Source: Phycisphaeraceae bacterium
Lineage (GTDB): Bacteria; Planctomycetota; Phycisphaerae; Phycisphaerales; Zrk34
DNA: 64,000 nt
NCBI GenBank assembly: GCA_040905565.1
Contig: JBBDRF010000021.1
Span: 101,008 to 165,007, forward strand
Reading direction: 5' to 3'
Numbering within the stretch: the stretch's first letter is position 1; each line of letters begins with the position of its first letter. Below are positions 37,024-46,769 of this stretch, in pieces. The position numbers were made by a program, and so were the translations under genes. The notes below the pieces were generated by a model, which was given only the letters and a program-made list of their open reading frames with translations, was not told the DNA's origin and did no database searches.

Positions 37024-37901
37024 AACGAATCCTGCTGCTGGGTTCCAACGGACAGCTTGGGTCGGATCTGATTCGAGCTGCGGAAGGCCGTGCAGACGTG
37101 CAGATCACGCCCCTGTGCCGGGATGATCTGGACGTCACGCAACCGGATCAGATCGTCGCCACGCTCGGCGAGCACGCATTCGATGTGCTGATCAACGGCA
37201 CGTCGTATCACAAGACCGACGAGGTCGAAGCCAACGCCGACCAGGCCGTCGCCATCAACGCCCATGCCGTTCGCGAGATGGCGCGCGCCTGCGGCGAGGC
37301 GAACGCCCGCTTCGTGCATGTCTCCACCGATTACGTCTTCGACGGCCGCGCCGATCAGCCGTACCGCGAGGACGATCCGACCGGACCGTTGAACGTCTAC
37401 GGCTCCACCAAGCGGATGGGCGAGACGCTCGCGCAATCGGTGCATGACGATGTACTGATCTTCCGCGTGGCGTCGCTGTTCGGCATCGCCGGAGCGAGCG
37501 GGAAGGGCGGCAACTTCGTGGAGACCATGATCCGCGTCGGCCGCGACAAGGGGGCCTTGCGCGTCATCGCTGACCAGTTCATGTCCCCCACGGCCACCGC
37601 CGACGTCGCCGAGATACTCCTCACGGCCATTCACGAGGACGCCCCCGCGGGCATCTACCATGCGGTGAACTCGGGGCAGGCCTCATGGTTCGACTTCGCC
37701 AGCCAGATCATTCAGCGTGCCGGGATTGACGCAACGGTCGACCCTATCCCCGCGACGGAATACCCGCTGCCCGCCGCCCGGCCCGGGTTCAGTGTGCTGG
37801 ATAACACGAAAATCAGCGACATCGTCGGCCCCGTCCCGCACTGGACCGATGCACTTGACCGCTACCTCAGCGCCAAGGGCCACACGGCTTCCGTCGCCTG
37901 A
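37020..37901 (+). CDS. rmlD: dTDP-4-dehydrorhamnose reductase family
   Basis: GSNGQLG, STDYVFDG, PYREDD, YGSTK, NFVETM. Confidence 0.92.
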   Translation: MKRILLLGSNGQLGSDLIRAAEGRADVQITPLCRDDLDVTQPDQIVATLGEHAFDVLINGTSYHKTDEVEANADQAVAINAHAVREMARACGEANARFVHVSTDYVFDGRADQPYREDDPTGPLNVYGSTKRMGETLAQSVHDDVLIFRVASLFGIAGASGKGGNFVETMIRVGRDKGALRVIADQFMSPTATADVAEILLTAIHEDAPAGIYHAVNSGQASWFDFASQIIQRAGIDATVDPIPATEYPLPAARPGFSVLDNTKISDIVGPVPHWTDALDRYLSAKGHTASVA

Positions 37902-37930
37902 CAAACGTCCAGCCTCGCTCGATTCCAACG

Positions 37931-37962
37931 ACCGCGACGTCTATGGACGCCGCGGTTTTTTT
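37931..37962 (+). terminator. Rho-independent terminator after rmlD
   Basis: Hairpin ACCGCGACGTC-TATG-GACGCCGCGGT (one mismatch) followed by a T run. Confidence 0.75.
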
Positions 37963-38059
37963 GCGCGTCACGCACCTCGGGAACGCGCGAGCGGCAGGGG
38001 ACTTGCTGCACTGATCTCGTCGACGCCTGAAAGAGAGCGCAATCCGGGAGGGGCTGGAG

Positions 38060-38797
38060 ATGGCTTTGCTTGAATTCATCGGCGTGCCCGGCAGCGGGAA
38101 GTCGACGATCGCCAAGCGCGTGAAGCAGCAACGCGAGTGTGATGGGCTGCCGACCCTGTTTCGCGAGCCGATCGACGCCTGGATCGAAGGTCCCGACCTG
38201 CCGCCAAGGATCAGAATCTCATGCAAGGACACGTTGGCGGCGGCACGGGTGGAACTGTGTGCATGCCGACTGGCAGCGACCGTGCGACCGCGCCGTCTCG
38301 AGCATTTCCGGAACGCACGTCGTCTGGCCGGCTGGTACCGGCGAACGCAATATCTATCGTACGTGGAGGATCTGGTTATCCAGGATGAGGGCGTTTTGAA
38401 CCTCGTCCTGGCCACACTGTTGCACGGTGAACAATATGCAACGCAGCCGCTGACGCAGTTGGTGCGTTGCGTCGCATCCGAGCCGCATCGGCAGTTCGTG
38501 TACGTCCGCAGCTCGGCTGGGGTGACGATGCAGCGACGCCGACGCCGGGCCGGCCATGGTGAAAGTGAGCGGGAGAAACTGTGGCGGTATGAGCAGGCGG
38601 ACGCGGTTCAGGAGGAACAGATTCAACATGAATGCCAGATGCTGCACGACGTGATGGCCGACGCGATTCGAAACGTCGCCTCAGCGCGGATGATCGTCCT
38701 CAACAATGAGGGCTCAGTTGACGACGCAGCCGCTCAGGTTGTCGAATTCATCGCGAGCCGAGACAACTTGGCCGGTGCGTCGCGGCAGGCGTTTTGA
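38060..38797 (+). CDS. P-loop kinase-like protein (NMP-kinase fold)
   Basis: N-terminal EFIGVPGSGKST, VIQDEG Walker-B-like motif, Arg-rich lid (QRRRRR). Confidence 0.7.
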   Translation: MALLEFIGVPGSGKSTIAKRVKQQRECDGLPTLFREPIDAWIEGPDLPPRIRISCKDTLAAARVELCACRLAATVRPRRLEHFRNARRLAGWYRRTQYLSYVEDLVIQDEGVLNLVLATLLHGEQYATQPLTQLVRCVASEPHRQFVYVRSSAGVTMQRRRRRAGHGESEREKLWRYEQADAVQEEQIQHECQMLHDVMADAIRNVASARMIVLNNEGSVDDAAAQVVEFIASRDNLAGASRQAF

Positions 38798-38810
38798 CGG
38801 CGGTGATCGC

Positions 38811-39992
38811 ATGGAATGTCCGGTGGAGAAAAGTAGGCGGGGGGAACTGTTGATCGTGCCGCATTTGCAGGCGCACCGGGCTGCTTCCGGGAATCTGGTG
38901 CTGACGCGGAAATTCCTTGAGGGCACCGCCGCTTATGCCGCCCAATGGCCCGGGCGTGTCACGGTTGCGGTGACGGTGGAAGCGAAGCCGGACACGAATC
39001 TCGATCATCAAGAGATCGCTCCGGGCGACTGGCCGTTTCACGTCATCAAGCAGCCATCACCACGCCAGGAACTCTTTCGCCGCATGCAGCAGGCTGCGAT
39101 GGTGCTGATCTCGGAAAACCTGGTGGTCTGCAAAATCGCCCCAGCGGTACGGTACGCTGTGGTGACAGAGTACTCACTCAAAACGCGTCTGCGGATCGCG
39201 ATGGAGACAACGCGAAATCCCCTGCGCCGTCTCAAACGTCACTTTCGCGAACGCTGGACTGAGCATCGCGCCCGTCGCGGTCTGGCCGCAGCAGCCGGCG
39301 TTCAATGCAACGGTTTCCCCACTTACGAAAGCTACCGAACGCTCAATCCGAACAGTCTGCTTTTTTTCGACAGCCGGGTCAGAAGTCGCGAACTGGTGGA
39401 CGGCGAAGCCCTCGATCGCCGGCTGGCAAGGCTGCAGGCAAACCAGCCGCTGCGACTGCTGTTCTCCGGTCGGCTCATCGGCATCAAGGGCGTCGATCAT
39501 CTTCCGAAGATTGCTCACGAACTGCGACGGCGGAACGTGCCGTTTCACATGAGCATCTGTGGGGCCGGCGAGGGTCAGGCATCGCTTGCGCAGAAGGTGC
39601 GTGACTTAGGCCTCGCCGACCGCGTCACGCTTCGAGGCGTGCTCGACTTCACGCGAGAGTTGCTCCCTCTGGCGCGCGACGCGACCGATCTGTTCATCTG
39701 TCCCCACGTTCAGGGCGACCCCTCGTGCACCTATCTGGAAACCATGGCCTGCGGCGTGCCGATTGTCGGTTACGCCAACGAAGCCTGGCAGCCACTCGCC
39801 AAGCTTTCACGAGCGGGCTGGCAGACACCGATGGATGATCCCGCCGCACTCGCCGACCGCGTCGCGCAGTTGCATCACCAACGGAGCGACATCGCCACCG
39901 CCAGCCTCGCAGCACGGAGATTTGCCGGCCAGCACACCTTCGAAAAGACGTTCAGCCGCCGCGTCGATCACCTGCTCACGCTGGCACGATGA
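38811..39992 (+). CDS. GT4 family glycosyltransferase
   Basis: FSGRLIGIKG, DPSCTYLETMACGVPIV. Confidence 0.82.
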   Translation: MECPVEKSRRGELLIVPHLQAHRAASGNLVLTRKFLEGTAAYAAQWPGRVTVAVTVEAKPDTNLDHQEIAPGDWPFHVIKQPSPRQELFRRMQQAAMVLISENLVVCKIAPAVRYAVVTEYSLKTRLRIAMETTRNPLRRLKRHFRERWTEHRARRGLAAAAGVQCNGFPTYESYRTLNPNSLLFFDSRVRSRELVDGEALDRRLARLQANQPLRLLFSGRLIGIKGVDHLPKIAHELRRRNVPFHMSICGAGEGQASLAQKVRDLGLADRVTLRGVLDFTRELLPLARDATDLFICPHVQGDPSCTYLETMACGVPIVGYANEAWQPLAKLSRAGWQTPMDDPAALADRVAQLHHQRSDIATASLAARRFAGQHTFEKTFSRRVDHLLTLAR

Positions 39993-40008
39993 AACGGGTG
40001 CAGTTGCC

Positions 40009-40392
40009 TCACCACAACAGCATCACCAGTGCGAGAACAACAACGACAACCGTGGCGGCAACGGCTGAACGGATCATCAGCGTGCGCTTGGCGGGGCGGC
40101 GGATCTTTTCCGCTTCGTGCAATTGGCGGAGCTCACGCTTGTAGCCTTCCATCGCAGCCCGGAACGAACCGACATCCCGCGCCTTGGCCAGCAGTCGTTT
40201 CGCTTCGTGCTTCGCCATCTCCACCGAACCGGTCTGGCTGCGATTGCGTGAGAGGACGGACCGGGCGGCACGGTCGAGATCCTCGTCCGCGAGCTTGTCC
40301 GGCAGGCGACCGAGTTGCTGGGTCACCTTCTTGGCGATGAGACCGCCGAGTACCTTTGTTGCACTGCTTGGCGCGGAATACCTGCTGCTCAT
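40009..40392 (-). CDS. hypothetical protein with C-terminal TM helix
   Basis: 127 aa ORF filling the gap; hydrophobic tail VAATVVVVVLALVMLLW. Confidence 0.55.
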   Translation of the reverse strand: MSSRYSAPSSATKVLGGLIAKKVTQQLGRLPDKLADEDLDRAARSVLSRNRSQTGSVEMAKHEAKRLLAKARDVGSFRAAMEGYKRELRQLHEAEKIRRPAKRTLMIRSAVAATVVVVVLALVMLLW

Positions 40393-40552
40393 GAACGACT
40401 CTCGATGCTCGGCCTGAGGATTCGGATATGCCGGTCGTGCCGATCACGCCAAGTGCAATCATAAGCCCCGCCTTCCACAGATGCCACAACAAACCACTGA
40501 ACCGCGCGTTGGGCGCCAAGTGCTGCGGGATCCGGTGGGGGCGGTGGGGGGG

Positions 40553-41407
40553 TTATTCGCCGGGGATGTAGCTAATGACGCCTGACCAGGGGCTGGAAGC
40601 GGTGGCGTAGAGGCGTTTGGGGATGCGGCCGGCGAGGTAGGCGAGTCGGCCCGACAGGCAGGCGTGCCGCATGGCGTGCGCCATGCGCAGCGGGTCGGTC
40701 GCATGGGCGATGCCGGTATTCAGCAGCACGCCGTCGGCGCCGAGTTCCATGGCCACCGTCACATCGCTTGCGGTGCCCACGCCTGCGTCGACAATCACCG
40801 GATAAGCGGGGTCGCCGCCGTGCTCGGGATCCTTCAGCAGTTCAAGGATCAAGCGAATGCTGTTGGGATTCAGCACGCCTTGCCCTGACCCGATCGGTGA
40901 GCCGGCCGGCATCACGCTGGTCGCCCCGGCATCACGGAGGCGCACTGCGGAGATCGGATCATCCGAGCTGTAGCAGAGCACCTGAAAGCCGTCCTTCACC
41001 AACTCACGCGTCGCCTCAAGCGTGCCCACCGGGTCCGGCAGCAGCGTCTTTTTGTCGCCGAGCACTTCGAGCTTCACCCAATTTTTGCCCGGGTTGTCCA
41101 TCTGCTCGAGGATCTCCCGGCCGAGCCTCGCCACGCGCACCGCATCATCCGCGGTAAAGCAGCCGGCGGTGTTCGGCAGGATGGTGTAGCGATCGGTGTC
41201 GATGAACTCCAGCAGCGAACGGCCTTCCTTGTCGACCAGCCGTTCCCGCCGCACCGCCACGGTCACCACCTCCGCACCGCTGGCCTCCAGGGCCTGTTGC
41301 ATACCGTCGTAGGAGGGATATTTGCCCGTGCCGACGATCAGCCGCGACTGCAGCGTGCGTGAGCCGAGCGTGAGCGATTCGTCCAGTTGCGTCGTGTCCG
41401 TGGTCAT
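40553..41407 (-). CDS. thiG: thiazole synthase
   Basis: [38 protein letters not shown]. Confidence 0.96.
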   Translation of the reverse strand: MTTDTTQLDESLTLGSRTLQSRLIVGTGKYPSYDGMQQALEASGAEVVTVAVRRERLVDKEGRSLLEFIDTDRYTILPNTAGCFTADDAVRVARLGREILEQMDNPGKNWVKLEVLGDKKTLLPDPVGTLEATRELVKDGFQVLCYSSDDPISAVRLRDAGATSVMPAGSPIGSGQGVLNPNSIRLILELLKDPEHGGDPAYPVIVDAGVGTASDVTVAMELGADGVLLNTGIAHATDPLRMAHAMRHACLSGRLAYLAGRIPKRLYATASSPWSGVISYIPGE

Positions 41408-41409
41408 AT

Positions 41410-41613
41410 TTATCCGCCTCCCACGAGCGTGACCACTTCGAGCGTGTCGCCTTCGCTGAGCGACGTTTCGCCATGATCACGTTTGGGGATGAGTTCGCGA
41501 TTCAGTTCCACCGCCACCGGCCGACCGGTCAGCCCCAGCGCATGGACCAGATCCGCCACGCTGGGCTGGGGTCGATCAAGCTGATAATCGTCGCCGTTAA
41601 CGGTGAGTTTCAT
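41410..41613 (-). CDS. thiS: sulfur carrier protein ThiS
   Basis: MKLTVNG…VAVELN…EVVTLVGGG (C-terminal GG), directly upstream of thiG. Confidence 0.93.
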   Translation of the reverse strand: MKLTVNGDDYQLDRPQPSVADLVHALGLTGRPVAVELNRELIPKRDHGETSLSEGDTLEVVTLVGGG

Positions 41614-41816
41614 GATTGACACGATGATAACGCACCGGGCGAGGTTTTTCATCGCACCCGCTGCCGACACGCCGCGTTCGTCTTAGTCCTATCCCACACG
41701 ATAACGACATGCACGATGTTTTGAATCGGCAAGGGTAGCGTCGCCCCTCGGCTTGCGCACCCAAAGCCTTGGTTGCCCGAAAGTTGACTTACGAAGAAAC
41801 CGGCCTTGAATGAGCG

Positions 41817-43919
41817 ATGGTCATGAAACACTGCGCCCCCAAAGTTCCGCCGCAGCCATTCAAGGTTGGCGAAAGCCACGCATTGGAGCTTTTGGCAACC
41901 GGGGCTGATCTTGAGCAGGTGCTAAGCGTCCTCATCAGAGGGATTGAACAGCAGTGCCCCGGCGTCATCGGATCCGTGCTTCTGCTGGATTCCCAGAGGT
42001 GTATGCGGCACGGGGCGGCACCCCATCTCCCACACGCGTACATCCAGGCAATTGATGGGATCGCAATCGGTCCAAACGTCGGGTCGTGCGGGACAGCCAT
42101 GCATTCCGGCAGCCTCGTCGTCGTCGAAGATATTGCCGTGGATCCCCTATGGGCCGCAGCGCGGGAGCTCGCTCAGCAACACAATCTCCGAGCCTGCTGG
42201 TCGCAACCCGTCTTCTCAAGCACGGGCGAAGTGCTCGGTAGTTTCGCCATGTACTACCGTGAGCCCCGTCGGCCAAGCAGCGATGAAATTCGCCTGATTC
42301 GCTCCGCGGCACATCTGACAGGTATCGCGATCGAACGTACCCAGGCCGACGCATCGCTGAGAGAGCGTGAGCAACGCTTTCGCGCCACCTTCGAGAACGC
42401 CGCGGTCGGTATCGCTCACCTCGCCCCCGACGGTCGCGTGCTCCGGGTGAATCAGCGCCTCTCCGAGATCGTCGGCTATTGCGGCGAGCAACTGCTTGCC
42501 ATGACGTTAAGCAGCATCACGCATCCTGAAGATACCCAGGCCAACGAAGACCAGCTACGACGACTGCTGTCAGGCGAGATGGACAGCCTATCGATGGAGA
42601 AACGATACATCCGCTCGGACGATCGAATCGTCTGGGTCAACCTGACCTGTTCCACGGTCCGCGAGGCCGACGGCGCAATCGCGTACATCATCTGCATCAT
42701 CGAAGACATCTCCGAGCGCAAGCTTGCCGAGCAGCAGTTGCATGAGACAGCGGAAACGCTCGAACACAAAGTCATACAGCGCACGGCCGAAGCCGAAGCT
42801 CGCGCCAGTCAGCTGCGTGCTCTGGCGGCAGAATTGATCAACGCTGAGGAACGCGAGCGACGACGCGTAGCTCAGATCTTGCACGACGGCCTCCAGCAGT
42901 TGCTGGTCGCGTCGAAGATGCAGCTGGCGATGGTCGTCAGCCGACTCGGCGGATCGGAACTGGTGAGCCCCATCCAGCAGGCGCGGGAACTGATCGACGC
43001 TTCAATCAGCGAATCGCGATCGCTCACCAGCGAACTCAGCCCTCCCGTGCTTTACGATGCGGGACTTGCCCCGGCATTCGAGTGGCTGGGGCGGTGGATG
43101 GAGGAAACCCATGGGCTGAGCGTCGACGTCGATGCAGCCCCAAACGCTGAGCCGGCCAGCCAGGAAGCGGTGCTGCTCCTGTTTCAGTCGGTACGCGAGC
43201 TGTTGTTCAACGCGGTCAAACATGCTCAGACGCCGCGGGCCTCTCTGTCGCTCCGCCGCTTGGATGGCACCATCGAAATCGTGGTGCAGGATCGGGGCCG
43301 GGGCTTCGAACTCGCCGCCCGTCCGGCCAGTTCCGGTGGATTCGGGCTTCTCGCCATCAGCGAACGTCTGAACTGCATCGGCGGGAAGTTAGAGATCGAC
43401 TCTAAACCGGGTCGTGGTACCCGCGTCACGCTCACGGCTGCAGCCCGCAAGATCGGTGAGGCCACCCCTGCTTCGACGCCACCGCGAGTCCCCGCTCGGA
43501 GAAAAAGAAGCGGTCAAACGAAGACGCGTGTCCTGCTGGTCGACGATCACGCGTTCATTCGCAAGGGGGTTGCGGGGCTACTCAATGCGGAGCCCGATCT
43601 TGAAGTTGTTGGTGAGGCTCTTGACGGGAAGCAGGCCGTCGCGCTCGCTCAGGAGCTACAACCTGATGTGATTCTCATGGACGTTTCGATGCCCGGCATG
43701 AACGGTGTCGATGCCACGCGCCTGATCACAAGCGAGTCGCCGACAGTCCAGGTCATCGGCCTTTCGATGCACACACAGGAGGACATGGCCGCTGCGATGC
43801 GTCAAGCGGGTGCGGTCGAGTACCTTCGCAAGGATGGTCCGCCCGAGTTGCTTCTGGCCGCTGTGCGCCACGCCGTTCTGGGGGCCGATCTGGGGGTCGT
43901 GTCGCCGCAGCCGAGTTGA
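41817..43919 (+). CDS. cytoplasmic hybrid sensor kinase (GAF, PAS, HisKA_3, HATPase_c, REC)
   Basis: GAF (GSCGTA, CWSQP), [31 protein letters not shown] ([16 protein letters not shown]). Confidence 0.92.
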   Translation: MVMKHCAPKVPPQPFKVGESHALELLATGADLEQVLSVLIRGIEQQCPGVIGSVLLLDSQRCMRHGAAPHLPHAYIQAIDGIAIGPNVGSCGTAMHSGSLVVVEDIAVDPLWAAARELAQQHNLRACWSQPVFSSTGEVLGSFAMYYREPRRPSSDEIRLIRSAAHLTGIAIERTQADASLREREQRFRATFENAAVGIAHLAPDGRVLRVNQRLSEIVGYCGEQLLAMTLSSITHPEDTQANEDQLRRLLSGEMDSLSMEKRYIRSDDRIVWVNLTCSTVREADGAIAYIICIIEDISERKLAEQQLHETAETLEHKVIQRTAEAEARASQLRALAAELINAEERERRRVAQILHDGLQQLLVASKMQLAMVVSRLGGSELVSPIQQARELIDASISESRSLTSELSPPVLYDAGLAPAFEWLGRWMEETHGLSVDVDAAPNAEPASQEAVLLLFQSVRELLFNAVKHAQTPRASLSLRRLDGTIEIVVQDRGRGFELAARPASSGGFGLLAISERLNCIGGKLEIDSKPGRGTRVTLTAAARKIGEATPASTPPRVPARRKRSGQTKTRVLLVDDHAFIRKGVAGLLNAEPDLEVVGEALDGKQAVALAQELQPDVILMDVSMPGMNGVDATRLITSESPTVQVIGLSMHTQEDMAAAMRQAGAVEYLRKDGPPELLLAAVRHAVLGADLGVVSPQPS

Positions 43920-43920
43920 A

Positions 43921-44943
43921 TCAGGCGAGGCTGGCAATCGTCACCACTTTGGCACACACACGGACCGTCACGCCCCCGCTGAGTTCGAAGCGTCGCAGTT
44001 CGCCGCTGGCGTCACGGAGCGCTTTGATGATCGGTTCAAGCGTCCGCTGCCCCAGCCCGTCCGGACGCGCCCCCGCCTGAATCAGCACCGCACGCAGCAC
44101 GCTGCGCAGCAGGGCCGGTCGCATCTCCCGGGCCGACTCGCGCGGCATCTCCCACATCCCCGCCCCCGACTGCGTCACCGTGGCCTCCAGAGTCTGCCGC
44201 ACCTGATCGTCGACCAGTCGAGCGGCATCGCGAAAACGGTCAGCCGTATCGACGGCCTTCGAGGCTGCATCGCCCCGCAGGTCACGCAGTGCCGGGAGCA
44301 CGTCGGCCCGCAGCCGGGCACGCCACCGTGAGCGTGCCACGTTGCTCGCATCCTCACGCCAGTCCTGCTCAAGGCGATCAAGAAACGCCACAGCGGCCGC
44401 ATGATCCACACGCAACATCGGACGCATCAGCACGCCCGTCTTGCCGAGTCTACGTCGCCACGCCATGCCGCTCATCCCGCGCACCGAGGCTCCCCGAATC
44501 AGCCGCATCAGCATCGTCTCAAGCTGGTCGTCCGCATGATGGGCCGTCACCACGGAAGCGGATTCCTGAGCATTGCCGACCCGCACCGCCATCTCTTCCA
44601 GAGCTGCGTAACGCAGACGCCGGGCCGCCGCCTCGAGGTTCCCCTTCGCCTGAGTCGGTCGAACATCCGCGGCTTCAAACGGCACGCCCAGCCGCCCCGC
44701 CAACGTTGCCACGAACGCCGCCTCCTCGTCCGCCTCGGCCCGCAGATGGTGATTCACATGCCCCACGCTCAGCCGCAACCGCCAGTGCGGACGCTCCGCA
44801 ATCACCGCCAACGCCCGCAGCAAAGCCACCGAATCCGCACCACCACTCACCGCCAGAAGCAGCGGATCGCCCGGCTTCACCCGGCACCGCAGGCGCAGGG
44901 CGGACTCGATCGCTTCAACAAACGCATCACGGTGCCACATCAT
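43921..44943 (-). CDS. tilS: tRNA(Ile)-lysidine synthetase
   Basis: AVSGGADS PP-loop, HVNHHLR, TAHHADDQLET, RPML, EDASN. Confidence 0.88.
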   Translation of the reverse strand: MMWHRDAFVEAIESALRLRCRVKPGDPLLLAVSGGADSVALLRALAVIAERPHWRLRLSVGHVNHHLRAEADEEAAFVATLAGRLGVPFEAADVRPTQAKGNLEAAARRLRYAALEEMAVRVGNAQESASVVTAHHADDQLETMLMRLIRGASVRGMSGMAWRRRLGKTGVLMRPMLRVDHAAAVAFLDRLEQDWREDASNVARSRWRARLRADVLPALRDLRGDAASKAVDTADRFRDAARLVDDQVRQTLEATVTQSGAGMWEMPRESAREMRPALLRSVLRAVLIQAGARPDGLGQRTLEPIIKALRDASGELRRFELSGGVTVRVCAKVVTIASLA

Positions 44944-45028
44944 GCTTCGGTCGGCATTCACAGCGTGTATCATAGTGGTTGATGCGATGAACGCCGTGCT
45001 CCCGCGGTCGATCAACTTGAGGATTGCG

Positions 45029-45505
45029 ATGCAGCAGGCCGAGACACAGGTTGTAGAACTCACCACCAACCTCGACGACGCTACCGGCGAACTCATCGGG
45101 ACCGCTTGCAAAGCCCTCCGCGCCACGCCAGGCGTCCTCGATGTCTGGACCACGCCCATCGCGATGAAGAAGGACCGTCCCGGCACCATGCTCAGCCTCC
45201 TCTGCGAATCGCACACCCTCGACGCCATCGCCCGCAAGCTGATCACCCTCACCGGCACGTTCGGGGTGCGCCATCGCACTTGGGATCGCATCACACTCGA
45301 TCGCCGTCACCAAACCGTCGAAACCGACCTCGGCCCGATCCGTGTTAAAATCGGCGCACTCGATGGCGAAGTCGTCGTCGCCAAGCCCGAGTTTGAAGAT
45401 GTCCACGCCGCTGCCGAGGCTCGGAACGTGCCGCTTCGGATTGCCATGGCCTCGGCACAGGCCGCCGCTGCCGCGCTGCTCACACGCAAAGGAGGCGACG
45501 CATGA
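45029..45505 (+). CDS. stand-alone LarC C-terminal domain (nickel-insertion protein family)
   Basis: ELTTNLDD, PIAMKKDRPG, TGTFGVR, GPIRVK, KPEFED motifs; only 158 aa. Confidence 0.8.
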   Translation: MQQAETQVVELTTNLDDATGELIGTACKALRATPGVLDVWTTPIAMKKDRPGTMLSLLCESHTLDAIARKLITLTGTFGVRHRTWDRITLDRRHQTVETDLGPIRVKIGALDGEVVVAKPEFEDVHAAAEARNVPLRIAMASAQAAAAALLTRKGGDA

Positions 45506-46056
45506 CAATACCGACCCTCCTCGCAGAGTCAGGCGGCAATCCCCTCGCGAACGTCTTCATGGCCGCCGGCGTCGCCATGATCATCATGCTGCTGGTCATC
45601 AACACGCGTGGCAAGCTGCGACGGCGGGGCAGCCCCACGCTCAATCCGCACGAGAAAGTCGAACGTATCAAGCAGACGCATGGCATGAAAAACGACATGC
45701 GCAACATGATGGTCGAACTGGAAGAGCTTACACGCCGCTTCAGCGCTCAGCTCGACGCCAAGGCCGTACGGCTGGAGAGGCTCATCGACGAAGCCGACGA
45801 GCGCCTCGCGCAGCTCGAGGCCATGGGGTCGAGTCGCCGCACCGATGCCGCCCCGCAGCCTCCCGAGGAAGGTAATCGCCCGGCCCAGCCAAAGGCCGCT
45901 GGATCGCCCTCTGAGCCGGAGCCGGAAGAGCCGTTGGATCCACTCTCGCGGAACGTCTACGACCTCGCCGACGCAGGCCACGAACCCATCGCCATCGCAC
46001 GCAAGCTGCGCGAACAGGTCGGGAAAGTCGAACTCATCCTCGCCCTTCGCCAGTAA
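45502..46056 (+). CDS. hypothetical membrane-anchored coiled-coil protein with C-terminal HTH-like tail
   Basis: N-terminal TM, coiled coil, VYDLADAG…IARKL…GKVELILALR; ATGA overlap with the previous gene. Confidence 0.7.
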   Translation: MTIPTLLAESGGNPLANVFMAAGVAMIIMLLVINTRGKLRRRGSPTLNPHEKVERIKQTHGMKNDMRNMMVELEELTRRFSAQLDAKAVRLERLIDEADERLAQLEAMGSSRRTDAAPQPPEEGNRPAQPKAAGSPSEPEPEEPLDPLSRNVYDLADAGHEPIAIARKLREQVGKVELILALRQ

Positions 46057-46066
46057 GCAGTAATGA

Positions 46067-46091
46067 AGCCCACGGCGTCACACCGTGGGCT
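46067..46091. terminator. hairpin between convergent genes (bidirectional terminator or REP-like element)
   Basis: AGCCCACGG-CGTCACA-CCGTGGGCT, perfect 9-bp stem. Confidence 0.55.
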
Positions 46092-46120
46092 CTCAAGTTA
46101 CGCTTGATGGTGATTTCGCT

Positions 46121-46672
46121 TCACTTGGCCTGATAAGTGAAGCGCTGGCCGCCGACGGAGGCTTCGTACATCAGCCCGCCGCCGGTCATGGTGAAGATCA
46201 TCACGCCGTGGTCGTAATCGACGTCCGTGCTGGCGCCGGTGGTGGCGGCAACAGCCGTGGCCTGGGCGGAAAGCTCGAGATCACCATACTTGAAGCGATC
46301 CAGCGCCTCAGCATTACGGAAGAAGACGAGCTGGCGGAAAGACTGCCCGCCGAGTTGCAGCCCGATCGTGCCCTGGCTCACGTCGCAATAGCCGATCAGC
46401 TCGCCGCCTTCATAGACAACACCGCGGCCGTAAGCACCGCCGACGCCGGCCCCGCCGCGACCGATCGACGGGAAGATCGCATAGGCGTGCGCATCATCAA
46501 AAAGCTCCTGCAGCGAAGGATCGTTCGCAAGGAACGCTTCCTTCGTCTGAACCGCACGATCAGCAAGCTCCTCACGCTCAGCCGGTGAATTGGGAGCCGT
46601 CGCGCACGCGGTCATTATCCCCGCAACAGCAACGAGCAAAACGGTGGCGAATACGTTTCGAGTCATAGCCAT
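46121..46672 (-). CDS. YSC84/SYLF lipid-binding domain lipoprotein
   Basis: Lipobox MTA-C; YAIFPSIGRGG, GGAYGRG, GLQLGGQ, GGLMYEASVGGQRF. Confidence 0.85.
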   Translation of the reverse strand: MAMTRNVFATVLLVAVAGIMTACATAPNSPAEREELADRAVQTKEAFLANDPSLQELFDDAHAYAIFPSIGRGGAGVGGAYGRGVVYEGGELIGYCDVSQGTIGLQLGGQSFRQLVFFRNAEALDRFKYGDLELSAQATAVAATTGASTDVDYDHGVMIFTMTGGGLMYEASVGGQRFTYQAK

Positions 46673-46769
46673 CTCCTGTAAATAAACACATTAAAAGCGG
46701 CCTCAATACCGCTGGTAATGAGAATAAAGTCTGGGATCGCCAGCTTCAAGCCCATGCAAAGGCTTCGCC

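Noticed and set aside
41614..41816. TPP riboswitch upstream of thiS-thiG
   Set aside because: The conserved CTGAGA and CCTGA core elements could not be found on the minus strand.
44944..45294. N-terminal extension of TilS
   Set aside because: Mostly antisense to the LarC-domain gene and has no TilS similarity.
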